Source of the DNA: a virus
UHGV virus genome: UHGV-0355549
Direction: 5' to 3' (one strand)
DNA: 13,686 nt
Shown: piece by piece, positions 6,637-13,686 of the stretch
How positions within the stretch are numbered: position 1 is the first letter of the stretch
Layout: every line of letters starts with the position of its first letter
Notes under the pieces: model-generated
The model's database searches: none
Seen by the model: only the letters and a program-made list of their open reading frames with translations
What the model was told of the DNA's origin: nothing
Position numbers and translations under genes: made by a program

Positions 6637-9206
6637 CCACCGCTCCCTGATAACATACCGCCATCACGCAACTGCAGCCGGAGTTCATCCTGTGCCCCCT
6701 TGCGGGCCATCTCATACACCGCTTTCATCAGCTGCGGCCCTGCCCGCCCGTTGGGGCCGTCGTTCTGAATCACCACGTGATTGTTCTGATTAAAATTAAT
6801 GCCTTCCGCCCGCCGCATCTGCGCCGGACTTCCGGCACCGCCGACATAACCACCTTCCGCATAGCCCCGCATCAGGCGGTACAGATTGCCGACACCAATC
6901 CGGCTGGTCGCCTCCTTCGTGAAGACAAACTCCCCGCGATGAACAATCCCCGCAGGTTCATATTTACCCCCCGTCCCCGTAAATCTCCCGGTCGCGAAAT
7001 GGAAGTTCGCCGCCGCAGCCTGAATGGCTGTACCGCCTGACGCGGATGCGCCGCCACCAACAGCCCCGCCAATGGCGCTGCCGATACTCCCGACTATCCC
7101 CACCATCGCCTGCTTCAGAAAAATCTCTGTCAGCATGGACAGCACAGAACGGGTGAAACCACGCCAGTTCTGTTCGCTGCCGGTCAGCATCGCTGCCATA
7201 TTCTGTGCAATACCGTCAAAGGTCTGCGTGGCCGCGTTTTTAACCTGCGAAAAACTGTCCGTCGCACTTTCCGCCCACTCGCCCCAGCCGGACTTCATCC
7301 CGGCCATCCAGCTTCCACGAAGCTGCTCCTCCGCAGACCAGGTGTTCTTCAGTGCAGATGTGGCCTTCGCCAGCGCAGCCGGATTATCACCGTACACCTC
7401 ACGAAGGCGCTGCTCTTCCGACTCCCGCTGCGCCTGACGGTCGGTGAGTCCGCGGGCTTTTGCGCTGATTGCCGCCTGCTTCGCGCTCTGCTGCTGTTCA
7501 AACCGCGCCGCCTGCTGTGCCAGCTCATTCAGCCGTTTCTGGTGTTCAATCTTGTCGCCCAGCTCAGCCAGCTGGCGTTTGTACTCCAGCGTCTCTTTCT
7601 CATGGGCCAGCAGGGATTTTTCCTGCTCAGATAACTGCCGTTTCGTGGCGGCCTCTTTCAGGACCACATACTGATTTTCCGCTTCCCATAAATCCCGGCG
7701 CTGCTGGCTGATTTTCTCATTCACACCGCTGTGTTTTTCCAGCGTCCTGAGCTCGGTTTCAAGCGCCAGCAGGGCTGCATGCGCCTGGTCTTCCTGGCGC
7801 TCACCGGCAGACACCTTCACACCGGACGGCTTTTTCTGCGTCGACTCATAATCCTTTTTTGCCGACGCCATCAGCGTGTTGTAATCCGCCTGCAGGATTT
7901 TCCCGTCTTTCAGGGCCTTATTCAGCTCTTCCTGCCGGGCGGTATATTTCTCCAGTGGCGTCAGCAGGCGCTCATACGCCTTCTGCGCCTCTCCGGTATA
8001 CTTCAGCTGTGACGACTCACGCTCAGCCCTGTCCCTTGCCGCCAGTTCACCGGCTTTTTCCATATCCGACTGCAGCGTTGCCGCTGCCAGACCCAGACGG
8101 GCATTTTCCCGGTCATCCCATGCGCCCTGAAGGTTGGCACGAAAAGAGGCGGTTTTTCCCCGGCGCTGGCTCCGGCTCTGGTACCACTGCCATTTTTTAT
8201 CCGCCTCATCAAATGCCTTCTGCGCACTGGCGAGCATATCCGCTGAGGATTCCGGACGACCGATATCCAGAATGGCATCCCACATCGATTTGAATGCCTT
8301 CCCTGTTTTATCCGCCCAGGTCTCCAGTGTTCCCATGTTTTCTTTCAGGCGACGGGTCTGCTCATCAAAGCCTTTCGTGGCGATATCGTTCGCCGCCTGC
8401 AATGCACCGGCCTCGTCTCCGGAACGCTGCAGCTGTGCAACATACGCAATCTGCTCTGCCGTCACGTTACGGAACTGGCGCGCCATCGCCATCAGTCCCG
8501 ACGTCGGGTCAGTGGTCAGCTTCCCGAAGGCTTCAGCGACTTTATCCACCTCCACACCGGATGCAGACGCAAAACGCGCGACACTCTGGTTGATGGCATC
8601 AAACTGTTCACCACCACGCACACCGGCATTCACCAGGGCTGCCAGTGACTCTCTCGCCTGGTTAAACGTCAGCCCTGCTGCCTGCCCGGCTCTTGAGAGA
8701 GTCAGCATACGATCGGCAGTCAGTCCGGACTGATTACCGGAAAGAACCAGGGTTTTATTAAACGCTGAAAGCGTGGAATCTCCCTGGTACCAGGCGTACA
8801 CCAGCGCACCTGTCGCCACCGCCAGCGAGGTGACCCCGACCATCGGCAGGGTGATCGCACCGGCGAGCCCCCTGAACATGGGGATCATCCCGCCGAAGGA
8901 GTCCTTCACCTGACCGCCCTGTTGCAGCAGGATCAGCCAGGGATTCTGACCACCGGCAAGCTGCGTGGCGATATCCGTAAACTGTGCGGGCAGGGTTCGC
9001 ATGGCCGCTTTATACTGCCCGACGGAAATCCCGGCTTTTTGTGCAGCCAGCGCCTGGCGGCTCAGGCCCTGTTCAACAGCACTGGCGGTTTTTCTGGCGT
9101 CGGTATCCAGACCTGAAAAATGACGCCTTACCCGGCTCATCTGCTCATCGAAACGGACAGCATCCAGACTCAGGTCAATAACAAGATCACCAACCGGCTG
9201 GGACAT
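6633..9206 (-). CDS. H: Tail tape measure protein H (857 aa)
   Basis: Long ORF MSQPVGDLVIDLSLDAVRFDEQMSRVRRHFSG... with a coiled-coil-rich centre and a Gly-rich C-terminal segment (GIVGSIGSAIGGAVGGGASASGGTAIQAAAANFHFATG); closely resembles lambda gpH (853 aa). Confidence 0.96.
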   Translation of the reverse strand: MSQPVGDLVIDLSLDAVRFDEQMSRVRRHFSGLDTDARKTASAVEQGLSRQALAAQKAGISVGQYKAAMRTLPAQFTDIATQLAGGQNPWLILLQQGGQVKDSFGGMIPMFRGLAGAITLPMVGVTSLAVATGALVYAWYQGDSTLSAFNKTLVLSGNQSGLTADRMLTLSRAGQAAGLTFNQARESLAALVNAGVRGGEQFDAINQSVARFASASGVEVDKVAEAFGKLTTDPTSGLMAMARQFRNVTAEQIAYVAQLQRSGDEAGALQAANDIATKGFDEQTRRLKENMGTLETWADKTGKAFKSMWDAILDIGRPESSADMLASAQKAFDEADKKWQWYQSRSQRRGKTASFRANLQGAWDDRENARLGLAAATLQSDMEKAGELAARDRAERESSQLKYTGEAQKAYERLLTPLEKYTARQEELNKALKDGKILQADYNTLMASAKKDYESTQKKPSGVKVSAGERQEDQAHAALLALETELRTLEKHSGVNEKISQQRRDLWEAENQYVVLKEAATKRQLSEQEKSLLAHEKETLEYKRQLAELGDKIEHQKRLNELAQQAARFEQQQSAKQAAISAKARGLTDRQAQRESEEQRLREVYGDNPAALAKATSALKNTWSAEEQLRGSWMAGMKSGWGEWAESATDSFSQVKNAATQTFDGIAQNMAAMLTGSEQNWRGFTRSVLSMLTEIFLKQAMVGIVGSIGSAIGGAVGGGASASGGTAIQAAAANFHFATGRFTGTGGKYEPAGIVHRGEFVFTKEATSRIGVGNLYRLMRGYAEGGYVGGAGSPAQMRRAEGINFNQNNHVVIQNDGPNGRAGPQLMKAVYEMARKGAQDELRLQLRDGGMLSGSGG

Positions 9207-10058
9207 ATCTCACACCTCCCGGAATCCCCGCTGAAGCCATCATTAATGCGGCATCATCCACCATGACATCCGCCACATCCGCAGACGATAAAATATCGCG
9301 CCCTCCGTCCCCACCGAACCGGACGCCTCCGGCAAGTCCTGCCGCTTTCTGCATCAGCATTTTGTCCTCATCCGGCCTCTCCACCTGCTCTTCCTCATGC
9401 CGGGGGACAAGCAGACTGAAATCAGAGGGATGCATATCCGGATCGCAAAAAAACAGGCTGAGTACAGCGTACGTCAGCCCGGAAAAATGCATATCCAGCT
9501 GGGTATCCTGAAAATAATGCGTGCGGTAAAAACGGTGCCAGTCGGCATATTCGGTGGATGTCATCCCGGCAAGCATGGCGCGCCAGTCGGGTCTCCCCAT
9601 CTCACGCGCCAGTCTGAGGGCAAAGTTCAGCTCGCCGTCGAAGACTTTCCCGCAGAAAAATCATCATCAGTCAGCGTGTTATTTTTCGCCACTTCAGTAA
9701 TATCAGTATCCGGACGAACAGCTTCGATCATCCCGGACAGGCACAACACCACGTCTTCCGCCCGGGCAATGGCATCGGCAGGCCAGGTGGTGAGCACTTC
9801 CTGCTCTATCTTCATCACGGCCTCATTCATTGACGGTGACTGCGTTTTCTGTGGATGGTTATGCCACAGGGACATCGCCACCAGAAACGCGCCGGTTCTG
9901 ACGAGATCTTCCACGCTTACCTGCAGGTTGCCGCAGGATTCTGCCTGTTCTGCACGCCGTTTCAGGAGGGCAAGATGCTCGATACGCTGCAGCGCAGACA
10001 ATTCGGAAAGCGTGACAGACACACCGTTATATTCAAATTGTTCTGTTTTCAGAAACAT
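9187..10058 (-). CDS. T: Tail assembly chaperone G-T fusion, made by programmed -1 ribosomal frameshift at G GGA AAG (plus 9645..9651); the T-frame part runs from the slip site to the stop at 9187
   Basis: G frame reads ...FSAGKSSTAS* through GCG GGA AAG; the -1 frame from the same heptamer is open (GKVFDGELNFALRLAREMGRPDWRAMLAGMTSTEYADWHRFYRTHYF...) to a TGA at 9187..9189, overlapping the H start by 20 nt. Same mechanism and position as lambda gpGT. Confidence 0.85.
9627..10058 (-). CDS. G: Tail assembly chaperone G (143 aa)
   Basis: MFLKTEQFEYNGVSVTLSELSALQRIEHLALLKRRAEQAE...AMSLWHNHPQKTQSPSMNEAV matches lambda gpG; GGAGGT RBS before ATG at 10058. Confidence 0.92.
   Translation of the reverse strand: MFLKTEQFEYNGVSVTLSELSALQRIEHLALLKRRAEQAESCGNLQVSVEDLVRTGAFLVAMSLWHNHPQKTQSPSMNEAVMKIEQEVLTTWPADAIARAEDVVLCLSGMIEAVRPDTDITEVAKNNTLTDDDFSAGKSSTAS
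9645..9651 (-). promoter_or_regulatory. Slippery heptamer G GGA AAG for the G-T -1 programmed ribosomal frameshift
   Basis: Minus-strand GGGAAAG in X XXY YYZ register within the last codons of G; identical to the lambda slip sequence. Confidence 0.85.
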
Positions 10059-10071
10059 GTATTACCTCCGT

Positions 10072-10824
10072 TTACCCTGCAGCGCCCGCTTCAGTAACGG
10101 TGACTTCAGCCACTGCGGCGAACTGACCATTTCCGCTCACCACAGGGATCTGCACCTTACCTGTCGCCACGCCGTTTACCGTAATTGTCATATCTTTCAC
10201 ACTAATGGTGGCTTTCGACGGATCGGCGGAAACCGCTCTGAACGTCTTGTCGGTTGCACTTTCCGGCTCAAAAGAAACCGTCAGGGTGGTTGTTTTCCCT
10301 TTTGCCACCGTACCGGATGTCGGCGTCACCTTAATCGCACTGACCGGCGTAATTTTGCTGCGTTCTTCCGCTACAGAAGGTTTACCCACGTTAGTGACTT
10401 TCACCGTGCGGGTGATCACTTCTTTCGCCGTCACGGCCTTACCGATACTGCTGACCCAGCCACGAAACACATCCACCGTGCCATTCGGAAAACGGATTTT
10501 ATAGGCCCGGACATCGCCGCTTTCAAACCAGCCTATAAGCCCTTTCTGGCCTTCCTCTCCCGGTTTCCAGGCCAGCGTAAAACTGGTATCACCTGCAGAT
10601 TTCTGCCCCTGCCCGGTCGCGGTCCAGTCCGCGTCTTCATCATCCAGGTAGTTATCATCGTAGGATTCTGCCGTCATCTCGCCCGGCGTCAGATCCTTCA
10701 CCTTAGCCAGTCGCTGCCAGTCATCGTCTGACAACGGGTTTGCATAAGCATCACCCTTGCCGTTGTAAACCCACAGAGTGGTACCGGCACCTTTTACCGG
10801 CTCAAGGGGATTTGGTGTTGCCAT
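10072..10824 (-). CDS. V: Major tail tube protein V (250 aa) with C-terminal Ig-like domain
   Basis: [57 protein letters not shown]...[19 protein letters not shown] matches lambda gpV; GAGGA RBS before ATG at 10824. Confidence 0.95.
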   Translation of the reverse strand: MATPNPLEPVKGAGTTLWVYNGKGDAYANPLSDDDWQRLAKVKDLTPGEMTAESYDDNYLDDEDADWTATGQGQKSAGDTSFTLAWKPGEEGQKGLIGWFESGDVRAYKIRFPNGTVDVFRGWVSSIGKAVTAKEVITRTVKVTNVGKPSVAEERSKITPVSAIKVTPTSGTVAKGKTTTLTVSFEPESATDKTFRAVSADPSKATISVKDMTITVNGVATGKVQIPVVSGNGQFAAVAEVTVTEAGAAG

Positions 10825-10831
10825 ATCGTCC

Positions 10832-11227
10832 TCACATCTCGTATGTAATGGAATAAGTCAGATCTGCAGAACTCCATAACGCCATATCGTCATCACGACG
10901 ATACTCATAGCCCTGCGTAACCATCGTGGTAATCAGTCCTGCCAGTGCCGGGATCGCGGTCATCGCCGGGTAAATCCGGCTTTCCATCCACTGATCAAGC
11001 TCTGAATCCGGTACCTGTGCCGGTAAAAACACCTCAATATGCAGCGTGGCCCGCCAGGTATCTGCATCCAGCTCTTCACCGGTATACTCTGCATCCGTCA
11101 GATAAACCGCGATCGCAGGAAAATCCTCTTCGTCAAAAACAACGGGGCGACCATCAAACAGCGTCGCCCCGTGTTCATGCTGCTCGAGTGCATCCAGCAC
11201 TGCGGCACGAATGTCAGTGTGTTTCAT
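10832..11227 (-). CDS. U: Tail tube terminator protein U (131 aa)
   Basis: 131-aa [46 protein letters not shown]...; same size and position as lambda gpU; ATG overlaps the Z stop (ATGA). Confidence 0.92.
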   Translation of the reverse strand: MKHTDIRAAVLDALEQHEHGATLFDGRPVVFDEEDFPAIAVYLTDAEYTGEELDADTWRATLHIEVFLPAQVPDSELDQWMESRIYPAMTAIPALAGLITTMVTQGYEYRRDDDMALWSSADLTYSITYEM

Positions 11228-11799
11228 CGTTTTATCGCAATCCTCAGTTGTTGTTTCAGCGCGTATGCCAGTTCTTTAGGCAGGCGTTCACGCCGGATAC
11301 GGTCAACATTCTCATCAAATGCCTGTTTCAGTGGGGCCGCCATCGGGATTTTCACCACCTGAATGGGAAGGCGATTACGCTTTTTCCTTCCCTTGTCGTC
11401 ATTGCCCTCCTCATATCTGGCCTGGGGAAGACGTTGCATAACATGCCAGCGCCCATTATTTAATCGCTGGATAAATGCCCGCTGATAACGATGCTGACCG
11501 GCTTTGAGTATGCTGTCCGGACGACGCCCCAGCATTCTGATCCCCAGCTTAATCACAGGGAGATCACCGCGGTTAACGATAATTCTGGCATTCGGATTTC
11601 TGACCGTCGCCCGTTTCAGTCTGGACCGTTCCTTTACCAGTTTCCGTCTCACCCTGGTTTCCCGGGCAACCTGTGACGAAGACTGATTAATCGCCGTTAT
11701 GGCCACGCGGTTAATGGTCATTGCAGAAGCAGCCGGAATGGCGTTTTTACGAACCCGGCTCAGATTGTCAATCGCCTGATCAAGCCCTTTTATCGCCAT
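11224..11799 (-). CDS. Z: Tail completion protein Z (191 aa)
   Basis: MAIKGLDQAIDNLSRVRKNAIPAASAMTINRVAITAINQSSSQVARE...; size and position as lambda gpZ. Confidence 0.9.
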   Translation of the reverse strand: MAIKGLDQAIDNLSRVRKNAIPAASAMTINRVAITAINQSSSQVARETRVRRKLVKERSRLKRATVRNPNARIIVNRGDLPVIKLGIRMLGRRPDSILKAGQHRYQRAFIQRLNNGRWHVMQRLPQARYEEGNDDKGRKKRNRLPIQVVKIPMAAPLKQAFDENVDRIRRERLPKELAYALKQQLRIAIKR

Positions 11800-11813
11800 A
11801 ATTCACCCTGCGT

Positions 11814-12167
11814 TTATCGTCGCCGGTTAACTGCGGGTGGTTGCCCACGGTTGAGCCAGAGATAACAGCTGCCCCCGTCATCCGGAGAAACACGATCCAC
11901 CCAGAATGTCTCACCATTAATGGTCAGCGTGTCACCACGCCGCACGGCACGAACCGTATCCGTCCGCACAAATAATGACGGGCAGCTTCCTTCAATACGG
12001 ACCCCGCCACCGGCAACCCCCAGCGACTCCGGATCGTCAAAAACCCCCTGAACTTCGCTGCCACACTGTGCCCCCGAGGTGAACTGCGCACAGAGTCCCA
12101 TCACTTCAACGATCGTACTGTCTACCCCGGCGAGGGCAGCATCAAAGGCATTCTGAAAATCACGCAT
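11814..12167 (-). CDS. FII: Head-tail joining (head completion) protein FII (117 aa)
   Basis: MRDFQNAFDAALAGVDSTIVEVMG...FWVDRVSPDDGGSCYLWLNRGQPPAVNRRR matches lambda gpFII (117 aa). Confidence 0.92.
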   Translation of the reverse strand: MRDFQNAFDAALAGVDSTIVEVMGLCAQFTSGAQCGSEVQGVFDDPESLGVAGGGVRIEGSCPSLFVRTDTVRAVRRGDTLTINGETFWVDRVSPDDGGSCYLWLNRGQPPAVNRRR

Positions 12168-12543
12168 ATTCAGCCGTTCCGTGCTGTATCATGGCCGTTG
12201 CCAGTGATGATGGCACCAGAACACGCATACCCCGTAACGCCAGCTCAACGGGACGACCTGTCTCCGGGCAATACCCCATTACTTGCAGGCACTTCCGTAC
12301 CCGGACGGCTTTAACATCATCCGGAGCATCCGTGTTGTTCAACTGCTCACCATCGTCTGTGTGATTTTGATCAGCCCCGCTCTCATCAGAGTGCATAATG
12401 CCCTCCGGGGAAACAGCAAGCTCCTCTTCCCACTCAGACACACGTTGCGCAATATCCGCAGCACTCCCCGACATATCCGCCTCGCGCCCCAGCAGGCCAG
12501 CCAGTTGACGAAGACGATTCAGATTTTCTTCTTTTGTTGCCAT
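12160..12543 (-). CDS. FI: DNA packaging / head assembly protein FI (127 aa from the ATG at 12543)
   Basis: ORF in the lambda FI position, 8-nt overlap with the FII start; strong AGGAGG RBS 5 nt upstream of the ATG at 12543 (MATKEENLNRLRQLAGLLG...). The track's longer start (12591) is a GTG lying inside the upstream terminator hairpin. Sequence similarity to lambda gpFI is weaker than for the other genes, so the call leans on synteny. Confidence 0.78.
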   Translation of the reverse strand: MATKEENLNRLRQLAGLLGREADMSGSAADIAQRVSEWEEELAVSPEGIMHSDESGADQNHTDDGEQLNNTDAPDDVKAVRVRKCLQVMGYCPETGRPVELALRGMRVLVPSSLATAMIQHGTAEYA

Positions 12544-12556
12544 CTCAGCCTCCTGT

Positions 12557-12586
12557 GAAAAAAGACACGGGGGCATTTCGCCCCCG
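12557..12586 (-). terminator. Intrinsic-terminator-like hairpin between E and FI (possible partial terminator or mRNA stabiliser downstream of the major capsid gene)
   Basis: 7-bp GC stem (12568..12574 with 12580..12586, GGGGGCG/CGCCCCC type) with 5-nt loop, followed on the minus strand by UCUUUUUU (plus 12557..12564); sits 9 bp after the E stop and directly before the FI RBS. Confidence 0.5.
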
Positions 12587-12594
12587 CTCACGGA

Positions 12595-13623
12595 TTATTT
12601 CACCTGCACCACCACAAACTCATCCGGATCCGGCAGCACCATCAGCGGTGCGGACTGCGTCATGGTGAATTCACGGGCCGGATCGCCCACAGTCAGCCAG
12701 TGTTTCGGATAACGGGAAGAGGCCACCACACCTTCGGACAACGCCTGCGCATCCTGAATGGCACCATAGCAACGAATGCCCTCTGCTGCCGTATTCCCCA
12801 GGACCAGTGTGCCCACCGGCAGATAACGTTTTTCGGTACCGTCGTCTGCCACATAAGACGTTTTCGCCACCACAATGGCCAGATCACCGTAATACCCTTT
12901 GAAAGACACCACCGCTCCCAGGTCTTTCACTGCCGTTTCGAGTTGTGAATTTGAGCCGCGACGGGTATCCAGTTTTTCGCGGAACAGCTTAAAGCCATTC
13001 AGCAGACGCCAGACCGTACCGTCCATAATGGCAATATTTACAAGACCGCTGGCCTGATCGCAGTAAAGGTCAATATCATGCGTCGGATCAAACGTATCAC
13101 GGTCCTGCTCAGACCATTTTTTACCGTCGGCCTGCTCAATGTTATTTCCTTCAGAGCGTCCGAAATCCACCTCGACCGTGTCAAACTGTTCCCCTTCCAT
13201 GGTGTATTTGCCATACAGCACGGCATTCACCGCCTGCATTTCTTCCACCTGGACAATGGCGTGCTCTTCCTGTTTGAGGTTATCGGTAATGATACGCAGA
13301 CGACGGTAGGCCGGGTCGTTCAGCTGAGCCGGATCTTCACCAGGAAGGCGCTCAACCGCCTGCTGGTAATTAAATTCGTGTTTGGGCTTGACGTAGCCCG
13401 GACGTAACACGCGGGTTTCACCACCGCGATGGCGAAGCACTTTTCCTTCAACGATCGGGGAGACATAGGCCGCCACCGGCGTTTTTCCGGTAATTTTGTC
13501 CAGCATCACCTCTTCGGTGTGGAAATTCACCGTACGGCGGAAAAACAGCTCCAGAAACAGCGCACGGAATTTAACTTTTTGTTCGGTATAACCGAGTAAC
13601 TGGCGGGTCGTAAACAATCCCAT
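12595..13623 (-). CDS. E: Major capsid protein E (342 aa)
   Basis: MGLFTTRQLL...VSPIVEGKVLRHRGGETRVLRPGYVKPKHE...KLDTRRGSNSQLETAVKDLG...TVGDPAREFTMTQSAPLMVLPDPDEFVVVQVK is collinear with lambda gpE (341 aa); AAAGGA RBS before ATG at 13623. Confidence 0.96.
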   Translation of the reverse strand: MGLFTTRQLLGYTEQKVKFRALFLELFFRRTVNFHTEEVMLDKITGKTPVAAYVSPIVEGKVLRHRGGETRVLRPGYVKPKHEFNYQQAVERLPGEDPAQLNDPAYRRLRIITDNLKQEEHAIVQVEEMQAVNAVLYGKYTMEGEQFDTVEVDFGRSEGNNIEQADGKKWSEQDRDTFDPTHDIDLYCDQASGLVNIAIMDGTVWRLLNGFKLFREKLDTRRGSNSQLETAVKDLGAVVSFKGYYGDLAIVVAKTSYVADDGTEKRYLPVGTLVLGNTAAEGIRCYGAIQDAQALSEGVVASSRYPKHWLTVGDPAREFTMTQSAPLMVLPDPDEFVVVQVK

Positions 13624-13650
13624 AAATCAGTTCCTTTCATTAAGAAATCA

Positions 13651-13670
13651 GTCAGGCCAACGCGGTGGCC
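13651..13670. other. Short hairpin (7-bp stem CAGGCCA/TGGCCTG, 6-nt loop) in the D-E intergenic spacer
   Basis: Inverted repeat seen directly; a TAA at 13681..13683 on the minus strand sits where the stop of decoration protein D would be expected, about 57 bp upstream of E, but D itself is outside the window. Confidence 0.3.
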
Positions 13671-13686
13671 TGATAACGTGTTACGG

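Noticed and set aside
6402-9181. Multiple + strand ORFs (64-199 aa) and a minus-strand ORF at 8003..8278 inside H
   Set aside because: Embedded in or antisense to the tape measure gene; Pro/Ala/Ser-rich spurious frames; no start context.
9397-10731. + strand 444-aa ORF spanning T, G and V
   Set aside because: Antisense to three strongly supported genes with intact RBSs and lambda-like products; Cys/Arg-rich composition; almost certainly non-coding.
12160-12591. Longer FI start at 12591 (143 aa) given in the ORF track
   Set aside because: That start is a GTG inside the E-FI terminator hairpin with no RBS; the ATG at 12543 has a strong AGGAGG RBS at correct spacing.
1-13686. A novel defence or accessory multi-gene system (TA, restriction-modification, Abi, CRISPR, integrase-flanked island) in this window
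   Set aside because: Every sizeable ORF is accounted for by a lambda late gene in canonical order with canonical overlaps; no direct-repeat arrays, no IS-like terminal inverted repeats, no extra protein-coding cargo. The only non-lambda material is the small non-coding I-J insert.

Overview
The window is the late (structural) operon of a lambda-like siphovirus or prophage, probably from an enterobacterial host, with every gene on the minus strand. Gene order matches phage lambda exactly: (3' end of D just off-window) E, FI, FII, Z, U, V, G/G-T, H, M, L, K, I, J, then the start of lom. Typical lambda overlaps are present (ATGA/TGATG stop-start overlaps at Z/U, H/M and M/L; a 103-nt out-of-frame K/I overlap; the G GGA AAG slippery site for the G-T fusion). 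Family assignments are from my own recognition of the translated ORFs, not from a database search. I found no integrase, IS element, CRISPR array, tRNA, toxin-antitoxin pair or recognisable defence system, and I see no strong evidence for a novel multi-gene system here. Two things depart from the lambda layout. First, the I-J spacer is a 343-bp AT-rich non-coding stretch (about 60 bp in lambda as I recall it) carrying a perfect 13-bp hairpin, a sigma70-like promoter and a plus-strand intrinsic terminator, which I read as a candidate small RNA or moron transcribed opposite to the late operon. Second, gene K is split across two reading frames near a C4 run, so it is either a pseudogene (defective prophage) or a homopolymer sequencing error. 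Intrinsic-terminator-like hairpins also sit between E and FI and between J and lom.
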